Source: a virus
DNA: 64,000 bases
Virus record (IMG/VR): IMGVR_UViG_3300048066_000291
Span: 1 to 64,000 of that record
Direction: 5' to 3' (one strand)
Shown here: positions 35,936 through 44,942 of the stretch, one piece after another
Layout of the letters: each line of letters opens with the position of its first letter
Numbering within the stretch: position 1 is the stretch's first letter
Notes under the pieces: generated by a model
Told to the model about the DNA's origin: nothing
The model's database searches: none
The model's input: the letters and a program-made list of their open reading frames with translations, nothing else
Translations under genes and position numbers: made by a program

Positions 35936-36658
35936 ATGGGTGCTAAAAGAAAGACTGCTAACAAGCAAAATTTTAACAGCTACGACAATGTAGTGAATAT
36001 TAAACCTTTCAACAAAAAACAAGAAGTAACAATACTTCCTAGAAACAAAAATCAAGAATCATATGTATTAAAACTGTTAGATGACACCAAAGATATTGTC
36101 TTTGGAATCGGTCCTGCAGGTACGGGCAAAACATTACTTGCAGTACAGGTCGCAGTTAAGCTCTTTAAAGAGGGTGCAGTTGATAAGATTATTGTTACTC
36201 GTCCAGCTGTAAGTGTGGACGAAGATTTAGGATTCTTACCAGGAACGTTAGAACAAAAAATGGCGCCTTGGACAAGACCTATATTTGATGTACTACGTGA
36301 GTACTTTGATGCAAAACAAATCGAAGGTATGATCGAAGAAGGTATAATTGAAATTGCGCCTTTAGCATATATGCGTGGACGAACATTTAAAAAATCGTTC
36401 ATTTTAGCGGATGAAATGCAAAACGCTACACCTAATCAAATGAAGATGCTTCTAACACGACTAGGTGAAGAAAGTCAAATGGCTGTAACTGGTGATTTGG
36501 CACAAGCAGACCGCATTAAGGATAACGGTTTAATAGACTTTACAGACCGTTTAGTACAATCTAACTCAGCACATATCGACATAGTCAACTTTGGTCAAGG
36601 AGATATTGAAAGACACAATGCAGTAAAAGAAGTTCTTAAAGTTTATGGTGATGAATAA
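35936..36658 (+). CDS. phoH: PhoH-like ATPase
   Basis: GPAGTGKT, LGFLPG, MRGRTF, DEMQN, LTRLG and TGD motifs; GGAGG RBS. Confidence 0.93.
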   Translation: MGAKRKTANKQNFNSYDNVVNIKPFNKKQEVTILPRNKNQESYVLKLLDDTKDIVFGIGPAGTGKTLLAVQVAVKLFKEGAVDKIIVTRPAVSVDEDLGFLPGTLEQKMAPWTRPIFDVLREYFDAKQIEGMIEEGIIEIAPLAYMRGRTFKKSFILADEMQNATPNQMKMLLTRLGEESQMAVTGDLAQADRIKDNGLIDFTDRLVQSNSAHIDIVNFGQGDIERHNAVKEVLKVYGDE

Positions 36659-37076
36659 CTTCAACACCTGATTTATTAAGGAATTCTAAACCCTGTGTAC
36701 TACGATATTCATTTTTGTAGTACACAGTGGTTATTCCGCTTTGATAGACTAATTTGGCACAGTCTATACAAGGTGCATGTGTAACAAACATTGTTGCACC
36801 CAGGCCACTTTCTCCGCTTTTTGCTAATTTAGCAATAGCATTAGTTTCTGCATGTAAAACTTCTGCTTTAGATACAGTAGTAGATGTTCCTAGTTCATGA
36901 TGTTGTATAGTATGTTCGCAACAATTATCCCATCCTGTAGGCATACCGTTATATCCAATGCTAATAATACGATCATCTTTTACAATTATTGAACCTACTT
37001 GTAATCGTTCGGCATGACTTAGTTGTGCAAATCGTTCTGCAACATCCATATATGCATCTATAAATTTAGTTTTCAT
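36636..37076 (-). CDS. dCMP deaminase
   Basis: GYNG, HAE and PCIDC zinc-deaminase motifs. Confidence 0.9.
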   Translation of the reverse strand: MKTKFIDAYMDVAERFAQLSHAERLQVGSIIVKDDRIISIGYNGMPTGWDNCCEHTIQHHELGTSTTVSKAEVLHAETNAIAKLAKSGESGLGATMFVTHAPCIDCAKLVYQSGITTVYYKNEYRSTQGLEFLNKSGVEVIHHHKL

Positions 37077-37288
37077 TTTAATTGCTCTAGAAGAAATTCA
37101 TTCTTTGTATAAATGTAAATCCAACTGGGTCCTTTGATAGGCGGCTTACCGTTATCGTCATAATATGTGTGTTGGACATAATATTTGCTTAACCAGATGC
37201 GTTTGTTTGAACCACTACGAACGGGTAACCAAGCATATTTTTCCTCTATAGAACGCTGCGGATCTTGTTGCCAGTTTATTCCTATCAT
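37073..37288 (-). CDS. hypothetical protein
   Basis: 71 aa ORF, coupled on both sides. Confidence 0.6.
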   Translation of the reverse strand: MIGINWQQDPQRSIEEKYAWLPVRSGSNKRIWLSKYYVQHTYYDDNGKPPIKGPSWIYIYTKNEFLLEQLK

Positions 37289-38151
37289 ACAGCCATAGGC
37301 GCCTTGATTGAATCCATTGGAGTATATCCGATAAGTTTATAATCACTAGGAGTAGTTTTTACTAGTTCGTTTAAATCTTTAAACACAGGCATTTCTAGTG
37401 TAGGTCCTGTAACAGGCGTTCTAATAATTTGTTGTTGCACTTGTTCAAAGTGATTTTGATAGATATGGCAATCTCCGCCAGTCCATATGAAGTCACCTAC
37501 TTTAAGATCAAGCAGTTGTGCAAACATATGTGTCAACAAACTATAACTAGCAATGTTAAAAGGAACACCTAAGAACATATCAGCACTACGCTGATACAAT
37601 TGGCAACTTAGCTCGCCATCTTGTATGTGAAATTGAAACATAGTATGACATGGCGGAAGTGCCATTACGTTTACTCTGTCAGCATTCCATGCACTAACAA
37701 TGTGTCTACGACTATCCGGATTATAGTACATATTTTCTAACACTTCTGCAATTTGATCTACAAACCCAAGTTGTGCATCCCAACTGCGCCATTGATGACC
37801 GTATACAGGACCTAAATCTTTTGTTGTATCGTCATTAACATAACCTAGTTGCTTGCCTTGGTTGTCAGCATTAGCAGTCCAAATAGTTGTTTTGCCTACT
37901 AGTTCTTCTCTAGGCTTGCCGTAGTGTATTTCAGCAAGTCTACGTTCGTCACTAGATCCTTCTAGCATCCATAGCAGTTCACTTACAACACTTTTCCATG
38001 CAAGTTTCTTTGTAGTTACAGCAGGAAATTCATTACGTAAATCAAAACGCATTTGATAACCAAATACGCTACGTGTGCCTACGCCTGTTCTGTCATCGCG
38101 GTCCTTGCCGTGTAATAAAATGTGATGTAATGCGTCTAAATATTGCTTCAT
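37285..38151 (-). CDS. thyA: thymidylate synthase
   Basis: DRTGVGT, GPVYG.QWR, LPPCH, QRSADMFLGVPFN, HIYQNH; C-terminal MAV. Confidence 0.95.
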   Translation of the reverse strand: MKQYLDALHHILLHGKDRDDRTGVGTRSVFGYQMRFDLRNEFPAVTTKKLAWKSVVSELLWMLEGSSDERRLAEIHYGKPREELVGKTTIWTANADNQGKQLGYVNDDTTKDLGPVYGHQWRSWDAQLGFVDQIAEVLENMYYNPDSRRHIVSAWNADRVNVMALPPCHTMFQFHIQDGELSCQLYQRSADMFLGVPFNIASYSLLTHMFAQLLDLKVGDFIWTGGDCHIYQNHFEQVQQQIIRTPVTGPTLEMPVFKDLNELVKTTPSDYKLIGYTPMDSIKAPMAV

Positions 38152-38642
38152 ACTGTTTTCCGTTTTTTCCAAATCTCAAATGTAACTGCATCGTGGCTCT
38201 CTGTCCACGTTTTTTCAAATAACGATTCAATCTTTCTAAGTGGTAAAAATGTATCACAAGCATATGCGCCAGGAATACGACTTAAAAAGAATTCATCAAT
38301 AACACCTAATGTTTGCTCTATGATCTTTGGACCACCAATCACCCAAGTAATAACACCTTCGTTTTCATGTTCAATCTGTTTTACTTCACTGTTTAAATCA
38401 CCACTAATATACATATCTGCACCCGGGTAATCATCCTTGCGTGAAGTTGCTAGTACATTAGTACGCTTAGGCAACGGACGCGGCATATGCGGATCATCCC
38501 AAGTAGTAGATCCCATTATAACAATGTGTCCTGCTGTGTTATCTTTGAACCATCTAAGGTCTGTTGGATTGTTAGGCCAGGGTAAAGTGCCATTTTTACT
38601 TACGCCACCGTAGTCGTCACATGCTAGTATTGCCTTGATCAT
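38148..38642 (-). CDS. dihydrofolate reductase
   Basis: LPW...DL.WFK..T, IMG..T, PLPKR.N, VIGG, CDTF. Confidence 0.9.
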   Translation of the reverse strand: MIKAILACDDYGGVSKNGTLPWPNNPTDLRWFKDNTAGHIVIMGSTTWDDPHMPRPLPKRTNVLATSRKDDYPGADMYISGDLNSEVKQIEHENEGVITWVIGGPKIIEQTLGVIDEFFLSRIPGAYACDTFLPLRKIESLFEKTWTESHDAVTFEIWKKRKTV

Positions 38643-38989
38643 TACATATCTCCTTCACCCGGCTGTCCTGATAGCATTGGTAGTTTATTGGGTACTCCGT
38701 CCCATTCTTCGTGATCGGGTAGAGCACCTTTTGACTCTGTAATTACAGGCCAAACTTCACTATACTTTTGATTTATCTCTGTCCACTTAATAAGTTCTTG
38801 CTCGTCAAGTGTATGGTCTGGTACAATAGCATCAATAGGACACTCTGGTTCACATACTCCGCAATCAATACATTCATCGGGATTAATTACCAAGAAGTTT
38901 TCACCCTCATAAAAACAATCTACTGGACACACTTCAACGCATGTAGTGTGCTTACATTTGATACAATTTTCTGTAACTAAGTACGTCAT
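38642..38989 (-). CDS. 7Fe ferredoxin (FdxA-like)
   Basis: [18 protein letters not shown] and [12 protein letters not shown]. Confidence 0.9.
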   Translation of the reverse strand: MTYLVTENCIKCKHTTCVEVCPVDCFYEGENFLVINPDECIDCGVCEPECPIDAIVPDHTLDEQELIKWTEINQKYSEVWPVITESKGALPDHEEWDGVPNKLPMLSGQPGEGDM

Positions 38990-39655
38990 TTATAACTCTC
39001 CAAAAACATTTGTGTTTACACTAATTATAACTCTATCTTCAGCACCATTATACTTTGTGGCTTCGTGCGGTATCCAAGCAGGAAATATAAAAACAGTTCC
39101 TTCTTCAGGCTCTGCGTCTAAAAACATATGCTGTTCCCACCATTGACTTCCTAAGTCATTTGCACCAGCAACTGTGTTCATATTATAGAACCTATTTATA
39201 CCGTTAGATGTTCTTGTTGAACATTCTGATGATTGTAAATAAAAAATAGCACCCCAACTATATCCTGGATGTATATGAAATCCGTGACTACCGTTGTCGT
39301 TTGTAATATGATACCAACTTTCTTTAATCTGTACTGCCGGTTTTACATTTTGATCTAAATTGAATAAACCAGTACTGGAAAGCCCGTGAGTCATTATATT
39401 GCTAATACAGTTATTAAAGAATAATTTTAGATCTTGCACCTCAGGTGTCTGCGTTTCTAAAAAGTTAAATTTACTTTCTTTTAAATTAGACTTAAGACTA
39501 GCTGAAACACCACTATCAATATCTTCATTTTGTTTATTAGACATATCGTAAATTAAGTCTAATAGTTTATCCTTATTTTGTTGATAGTTTTTATACTTAT
39601 AACTGAAAAAAAGAGTAGGCCAAGCCGCTGTCATTGTTTGCGGTTCAAAATTCAC
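38990..39655 (-). CDS. putative 2OG-Fe(II) oxygenase (TIGR02466-like)
   Basis: SW, HIHP, FPAWIPH, R..IS.N motifs. Confidence 0.75.
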   Translation of the reverse strand: MNFEPQTMTAAWPTLFFSYKYKNYQQNKDKLLDLIYDMSNKQNEDIDSGVSASLKSNLKESKFNFLETQTPEVQDLKLFFNNCISNIMTHGLSSTGLFNLDQNVKPAVQIKESWYHITNDNGSHGFHIHPGYSWGAIFYLQSSECSTRTSNGINRFYNMNTVAGANDLGSQWWEQHMFLDAEPEEGTVFIFPAWIPHEATKYNGAEDRVIISVNTNVFGEL

Positions 39656-40566
39656 AATCTTGCCAATCTAATAAGTGTAGCTGCCAAATTAACTTCTGGA
39701 TCAACAACCAATGTATGATCTACCATTCCTTGTTTGATTGTTAGTACTGCTTGATCTTGTTGTTCTGCATCACCAAATAGTTCAATATTGTCATATAGCC
39801 AACGATACACTTCTTCCATCTCTTCTGGACGAATTGCGCCACACAATAATTTACGTGCTTCTTGAATCTTACCTGCTTTAAACAGTTCAACCATTTCAAG
39901 TTTCCAGTCACTCTCGCCTGTGTCGCCTTCGTTGGGTTTATTCAATACACCGTCAACACTATTCATTTGTACTGTGTTGATACATTTGCGCAAGTCTGGA
40001 TATGTGCCTTTTACGTAGGTATCCAACGTATCCAAATCAGGAGTAACACCTTCAGTGATAAGGATTTCAGCGACTCTAGCCGTGAACTCAGTTTGGTCAA
40101 TCTTAGCAATGTGGAAACCTTGACACCTACTATGCAAAGCGGGTATAACACGATTTGGATAGTTACAAGTAAGAATGAAACGAGCAGTAGTATGATACTC
40201 CTCCATAACCCCACGGAGAGCTGCTTGAGCGTTTGGTGATAAGTAATCTGCTTCATCTAGTAATACAACCTTAAAGTCCCCAAATGGGATCATCTGTACA
40301 AAGTTAACAATTTTATCTCGTACATCGTCAACTGAGTTTGTTCGCGATGCGTTAATTTCTAGAATGTCTAGATCATTAATATCTAGTTCGTTAAACAATA
40401 GTTTAGCAAGTGTTGTCTTACCAATGCCTGCATTACCACTAAACAACAAGTGCGGAATAGTTTTATCTTTAATCCAAGTCTGCACTTGTGCTCGTTGTGC
40501 TTCGTCTCTAAATACGTATCCATCTACTGTTTTCGGACGATACTTTTCTACCCATAATTCTTTCAT
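39652..40566 (-). CDS. clamp loader ATPase subunit (gp44/RFC small-subunit-like)
   Basis: LWVEKYRP, GNAGIGKT, EINAS, LDEAD, SRC, DLR motifs. Confidence 0.92.
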   Translation of the reverse strand: MKELWVEKYRPKTVDGYVFRDEAQRAQVQTWIKDKTIPHLLFSGNAGIGKTTLAKLLFNELDINDLDILEINASRTNSVDDVRDKIVNFVQMIPFGDFKVVLLDEADYLSPNAQAALRGVMEEYHTTARFILTCNYPNRVIPALHSRCQGFHIAKIDQTEFTARVAEILITEGVTPDLDTLDTYVKGTYPDLRKCINTVQMNSVDGVLNKPNEGDTGESDWKLEMVELFKAGKIQEARKLLCGAIRPEEMEEVYRWLYDNIELFGDAEQQDQAVLTIKQGMVDHTLVVDPEVNLAATLIRLARL

Positions 40567-40724
40567 CTATTTTCCTGCTCTAATCTAAAATTACAATACC
40601 AGTTCCAGCCAAACTCATATAATACATACGCTATTATAGCACCAAATACAGGTATTGTAAAGAAAGAAGTTGCCAATACATCTGCCATTAAAAATGCTGC
40701 TGGATAATCATACCATCTTATCAT
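40563..40724 (-). CDS. small membrane protein
   Basis: Hydrophobic 53 aa ORF from ATG 40724. Confidence 0.5.
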   Translation of the reverse strand: MIRWYDYPAAFLMADVLATSFFTIPVFGAIIAYVLYEFGWNWYCNFRLEQENR

Positions 40725-40728
40725 CCTA

Positions 40729-41346
40729 TTAATCCCATAAGCTCTCAAAGTACTTTCCAAAGAGTCGGAACCCATTACTTATTCTTTCTTGTTCTGCTTT
40801 CATACCTTCCATATCCCAATCGTTATAACTGTAGTAGTATGATTGCCAATCGTCTTTGTTCTTTTGCTCAAAGGCGTGGATCATTTCATCCATAACCCAA
40901 TCCCAACGTTCAAAGTGTTTAGGATCTACATCGCCACCTTTGGCGTATTTGTTTAGTTGTGCTTTTGTAGCACGTAGTTCTTTTGGTACATCTTCCATGT
41001 CAACATTAGGAGCACCATGCTTAGTTTCTTTCAACTGTTTTAGCATAGGCAAGATGATAGGAGCAAGGGTATGATCCATACTCCAAGTGTCCCAGCGGTC
41101 TATGCGTACTTTTACTTTCTGTGTACGTCTGTCAAACCATATCCAGTTAAACACGTTGTATACGCTTTGTATAGCGTCCTCAAGTCCTTCTAAGAACGCT
41201 TCTTTAAACGGCGGATGCTTACCCGGCCCTAATCCTTTGCTGGGCTCGTAAACAGGCCAATCAACAATGCCATACTTACGATCCATATAACGTGTATGGA
41301 TACGGCACGTTAGTCTGCTTGGATACTTACCAATCTTAACCTTCAT
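40729..41346 (-). CDS. conserved phage hypothetical protein
   Basis: 205 aa; DTWSMD.TLA.II.PML and GFRLFGKY...LWD motifs. Confidence 0.75.
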   Translation of the reverse strand: MKVKIGKYPSRLTCRIHTRYMDRKYGIVDWPVYEPSKGLGPGKHPPFKEAFLEGLEDAIQSVYNVFNWIWFDRRTQKVKVRIDRWDTWSMDHTLAPIILPMLKQLKETKHGAPNVDMEDVPKELRATKAQLNKYAKGGDVDPKHFERWDWVMDEMIHAFEQKNKDDWQSYYYSYNDWDMEGMKAEQERISNGFRLFGKYFESLWD

Positions 41347-41581
41347 AGTTCACTACCGTTACGTTTTCTTCTTTGCCCGGAAGCGCAAATGTTCCTGCAT
41401 ATGCTATCGCTTCGTTGATGTCATCAAACAACACAGGTTGTAAGTTAAACATATCGCATTTGCCGTTGTCTTCTGTTACAAAGATCCAGTCATCTTCTTC
41501 TTTGTTTAGGCAAACCATTACTGCCCACTTTGAGTCTGACTTGTCTTCAACCATAATCTTCTCGCCTCTGTTCATATTCAT
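41336..41581 (-). CDS. hypothetical protein
   Basis: Short ORF in the operon; start could be 41554. Confidence 0.55.
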   Translation of the reverse strand: MNMNRGEKIMVEDKSDSKWAVMVCLNKEEDDWIFVTEDNGKCDMFNLQPVLFDDINEAIAYAGTFALPGKEENVTVVNYEG

Positions 41582-41807
41582 ATAGTAACATAGTTAGCTC
41601 ATCAATCTTGTTGCCAGTCTCGATTACTTCTGGACACTTGGTTGCCATTAAATCTAGGTGATAGTTTCCTGGATAGTGTCGCAAACAACCTCTTGCTGTA
41701 TTCCTAATCTCTCGTGGTACACGAGGTGTCTTTTTAGGATCACATAGATCCATCAAAAAACGTTCCGTATATTTAATAGCGTTGTAACGCTCACAAGGTA
41801 ATGTCAT
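41547..41807 (-). CDS. hypothetical protein
   Basis: MTLP.ER...PRVP..IR..A...LRHYP pattern. Confidence 0.65.
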   Translation of the reverse strand: MTLPCERYNAIKYTERFLMDLCDPKKTPRVPREIRNTARGCLRHYPGNYHLDLMATKCPEVIETGNKIDELTMLLYEYEQRREDYG

Positions 41808-42184
41808 GCTAGGTCCGTTATTAGTTTATATTTGTCCCACGCTTTCTGTTGTGCAGGATTCATTTCTTCTGGCGGTACAAAACACTCTAGCCAGTAATAA
41901 GGCATACGGGGCGGATGTGCTTTGAACTGTCTTGGTTGATGTAGTTTTCCTGAGTCATACAACTCTACGAGCAAATCATGCATAGCTTTTTGTCTATCTT
42001 CTAATCCTGCCCATTCAGGGTTGCTTAAACCACCGTATAGATAACCTTCCCAAAGACTAGTCCAGTGACTGTCATTATATGGGTCTACATCTGTGCGAGC
42101 AACGATTACTAGCACATCTTTGATGTCTACACGCTCTTCTAGTATATCACGCATACAGCGAGAAAGGCTTAGTCCTATTTTCAT
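41804..42184 (-). CDS. hypothetical protein
   Basis: 126 aa ORF, ATGA-coupled. Confidence 0.7.
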   Translation of the reverse strand: MKIGLSLSRCMRDILEERVDIKDVLVIVARTDVDPYNDSHWTSLWEGYLYGGLSNPEWAGLEDRQKAMHDLLVELYDSGKLHQPRQFKAHPPRMPYYWLECFVPPEEMNPAQQKAWDKYKLITDLA

Positions 42185-42705
42185 ATAACTCCTAGTTCTT
42201 TATAAACCATTTGCACACCCTTTGCTTGAAAGTATGCATCTGCTAGTGCATTATGCAAATCTGTTTGCATTGCTTTGCGTGGATCTACTTTTGCTAGTGC
42301 AAATAATGTTCGACTATCACGTACTTGCCAAAACTGCCACGGAATAGGTTTACTACACTGTCGCAACATGTCTTCCATAATAGTTACATCAAACCCATAA
42401 CCGTGTCCCCACAGTACATCAACACCTACCATCCATTTTGGTAAACTATCTAAAAATGTTTCCATTGATACTCGGTTTGCTGAACTAAATGCTTCTTCCT
42501 GCACTTTCGGATCTTGTCGTCCCCACCAAGCAATTGTATCATCACTAACATCTCTGTTTTGACTATCAATATCAAGTTTAAAATAAAACTCACTGTGTGG
42601 TTCTGAACTGTCAAACGGATTAAATTTTACACCACCTACTGTAAGTACAGTAGCTTGTGGAGTAGTATGAAGTGTTTCTAAGTCTATCATTGCATGAATA
42701 GCCAT
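42181..42705 (-). CDS. DEDDh 3'-5' exonuclease (DexA/RNase AS-like)
   Basis: MIDLET, GFD, RDSRT and HNALADA motifs. Confidence 0.85.
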   Translation of the reverse strand: MAIHAMIDLETLHTTPQATVLTVGGVKFNPFDSSEPHSEFYFKLDIDSQNRDVSDDTIAWWGRQDPKVQEEAFSSANRVSMETFLDSLPKWMVGVDVLWGHGYGFDVTIMEDMLRQCSKPIPWQFWQVRDSRTLFALAKVDPRKAMQTDLHNALADAYFQAKGVQMVYKELGVI

Positions 42706-42707
42706 GT

Positions 42708-42869
42708 TTAGCCCTTCCTATTTTCTTGTCCAATGCCTGAGATAATAAGGAATACATACAGCAAAGGCCAAGCCCATCCTGTTAAATATCCTGTTGTGTG
42801 TAAGATTAATAAAGCAATGCCTGTAGCACCTGTTGTGCCTACGCCTGCTGTTTGTGGTGTAATTTTCAT
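42708..42869 (-). CDS. small membrane protein (53 aa)
   Basis: Read from the sequence (MKITPQTAGV...ENRKG); AAGGAG RBS and its own promoter; below the track cutoff. Confidence 0.65.
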   Translation of the reverse strand: MKITPQTAGVGTTGATGIALLILHTTGYLTGWAWPLLYVFLIISGIGQENRKG

Positions 42870-42892
42870 GAAAACTCCTTAGCTTTATACAT

Positions 42893-42921
42893 ATTATAAC
42901 GCATAAATGCTAAGGAGTCAA
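42893..42921 (-). promoter_or_regulatory. sigma70-type promoter within an RBS-occluding inverted repeat
   Basis: TTGACT-17nt-TATAAT. Confidence 0.8.
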
Positions 42922-42930
42922 GTATTATTT

Positions 42931-43308
42931 TTAGTTATTTTCTACAAATTTTCTTAAATCTGGTGCAGTCCAACCATCAGGTTTTAGAACTTTTCCGTCT
43001 TCACGTTTACGCACCATGCCAGTTTCTGGATCAATCTTAGCCATGTTTGTACGCATAACTTCGTTCCATGCACCTTCTGCGTCTACGCCTAAACTATTCA
43101 TAGCACCGATACTAACAACAATAATATCAAGTAATGCATCTAATTGTTCTACAAGATCGTTATCCTTGATTGCGTCAGCAAGTTCGGCACCTTCTTCTTG
43201 AATTAATTTAAGATACATTCCGTATTGTTCAAAGTTTAAGCCGTCGCCCGTAACTGTCTGGTCACAGGCTTCCATAAAGTCTTTTTGATCTTTAAATGGG
43301 TTTGTCAT
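42931..43308 (-). CDS. all-alpha NTP pyrophosphohydrolase (MazG/PRA-PH-like)
   Basis: EE..E...E.LD.L.D acidic motif, EV..TNMAK, REDGKVLKP. Confidence 0.85.
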   Translation of the reverse strand: MTNPFKDQKDFMEACDQTVTGDGLNFEQYGMYLKLIQEEGAELADAIKDNDLVEQLDALLDIIVVSIGAMNSLGVDAEGAWNEVMRTNMAKIDPETGMVRKREDGKVLKPDGWTAPDLRKFVENN

Positions 43309-43317
43309 ATTTTCCTC

Positions 43318-43548
43318 TTAGAGTTTGATTGCGATTAGTATTAATATTGCAACTAATAAGATATTAGTAAATGCTATTTCAATGGCTAGTATAGTGTGAT
43401 ACCAAATCCATCTAGTTTTGTAAGCGTTTTCAATTGTAACTTCTTCTGGATCAACGTCATCTTTCATCATATCAATGACGACTGTTTCCTTTTTTATTTC
43501 TACATTGTCTTCTTTCTTAACTTTGACTAGATTCTTTAGCCATTCCAT
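43318..43548 (-). CDS. small C-terminally anchored membrane protein
   Basis: Hydrophobic C-terminus. Confidence 0.6.
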   Translation of the reverse strand: MEWLKNLVKVKKEDNVEIKKETVVIDMMKDDVDPEEVTIENAYKTRWIWYHTILAIEIAFTNILLVAILILIAIKL

Positions 43549-43559
43549 TACTTTACCTT

Positions 43560-43961
43560 TTAATTAACGAATGATGATGGATCAATAGTTGCATGTTGAC
43601 CATCTGAATATTCTGCACCAATTGACACACTTTCTGGTTTTTCATCTGAGAAAGCAAGAACGCAATCAGCGTCAACCATTCTAACTTCAATCTCACCTTC
43701 TTCAGCCTCTAATAACATCGAACGAGTCCATCGACCGTGTTCGATTAAAATCCATTGGCCAACATCATATTGATCTTTATTTAACGGACCCTTTGAGTAA
43801 ACTTTAGCCCAGCGTGGGTAAATTCCTCTAGTTTTTCCGTCATCATTACCTAAAATAATTCCGCCTTTAGTAACTTGTTCACCAAAGTGCATATCTGTTA
43901 CTAATACACGATCGCTAACAGCACGAGGCGTGCCTTTAATTGGTTTTAAATTCTGAGCCAT
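43560..43961 (-). CDS. GroES-like co-chaperonin
   Basis: DRVLV, TKGGIIL mobile loop, V...GP, VG..IL pattern. Confidence 0.75.
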   Translation of the reverse strand: MAQNLKPIKGTPRAVSDRVLVTDMHFGEQVTKGGIILGNDDGKTRGIYPRWAKVYSKGPLNKDQYDVGQWILIEHGRWTRSMLLEAEEGEIEVRMVDADCVLAFSDEKPESVSIGAEYSDGQHATIDPSSFVN

Positions 43962-44375
43962 TTATTCACCTTTTGGTACGAAGTTTCCGTCTTTATCCTC
44001 AACCCAACCATCATCAAATTCTGCATCTAATGCAGCTACTTCTGGTTCAACTACAGGCTCAGGATCTTTCTTGCGTGTTACAGTTTTCTTTGCTGGTGCT
44101 TCAACAACAGTTTCAACAACATCTTCTGGTGCTTCTGTTTGAACACCTCTGCTAGATGAGTCTCTAACACTTCCTGCTACTGCATAGTGTTCAGCAATTA
44201 CATCTTCACGCTTTTTAATAATTTTACCGCCAGCACCTAACTGATCGCCCCGAGCGTTAACTCTAGCATTACCAACTGCTGGTGTAAGTTCGTTGCGCTT
44301 ACGCAACATATCCATATCAACATTCTTTCCCCGCATACTGCGATACTGTTTTCTTTGTGGACTTTGCTTAGACAT
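43962..44375 (-). CDS. conserved phage hypothetical protein
   Basis: AVGNARVNARGD.LG.GG motif; GGAGG RBS. Confidence 0.75.
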   Translation of the reverse strand: MSKQSPQRKQYRSMRGKNVDMDMLRKRNELTPAVGNARVNARGDQLGAGGKIIKKREDVIAEHYAVAGSVRDSSSRGVQTEAPEDVVETVVEAPAKKTVTRKKDPEPVVEPEVAALDAEFDDGWVEDKDGNFVPKGE

Positions 44376-44408
44376 ATTATTTTGCCTCCTTATAATGTAC
44401 GTATATTT

Positions 44409-44416
44409 TATTTATC
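44409..44416 (-). promoter_or_regulatory. late promoter GATAAATA
   Basis: Overlaps the stop codon of the DnaE-like gene. Confidence 0.65.
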
Positions 44417-44936
44417 TTAAGAACTCTCTCCAATCCAGGCCAAACTGGATTGAATCTATTTTATGCACACCTATTAAATACAGCACATAACTTGCTACAG
44501 AGCTACCTCTGCCTACACCCCATACAATATCGTTTTCACGCATAAAGTCTACAAGATAGATCATATAGCGTAGTAAGTTGTTCATACCTCGTACTTTAAA
44601 TTGTGCAAGTTCTTCTTCAACTCTTTCTAATTCTGCTAAATCATCACCTGCTTTGTTCATTACAAATGTATAAACATCAAGTTCTTTATATTCTTGTGGC
44701 ATAAACCATTCACTTTGACATACACTGTCAAAAGTCTTTTGATCTACATCTAATGGAATATACTTTTGTAGTTTGTCTAGACCTTGTTCTTCCATTGCTG
44801 CATTGAACTTGTCTACATCATCGCTCGGGTCACAAAGAACTATATGGCACTTATCTATATTGCCACTGTAGATCATATTGATTAGATCCTTGTTAGAGAA
44901 TCGTGGAATACCTAGTTCATCTGTTTTCATAAGCAT
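44412..44936 (-). CDS. stand-alone DnaE (Pol III alpha) palm fragment
   Basis: RVEEEL..F, GVGRGSSVASYVLYLIGVHKID, ends at EFLR; only 174 aa. Confidence 0.8.
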   Translation of the reverse strand: MLMKTDELGIPRFSNKDLINMIYSGNIDKCHIVLCDPSDDVDKFNAAMEEQGLDKLQKYIPLDVDQKTFDSVCQSEWFMPQEYKELDVYTFVMNKAGDDLAELERVEEELAQFKVRGMNNLLRYMIYLVDFMRENDIVWGVGRGSSVASYVLYLIGVHKIDSIQFGLDWREFLR

Positions 44937-44942
44937 ACTTGT

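Noticed and set aside
37285-38151. thyA as a dCMP/dUMP hydroxymethylase supplying the base for the glycosyltransferase
   Set aside because: It keeps the canonical thymidylate synthase motif QRSADMFLGVPFN (Asn, dUMP-specific) and is coupled to DHFR
44412-44936. dnaE pseudogene
   Set aside because: Clean ORF with its own promoter and no decayed flanking dnaE sequence
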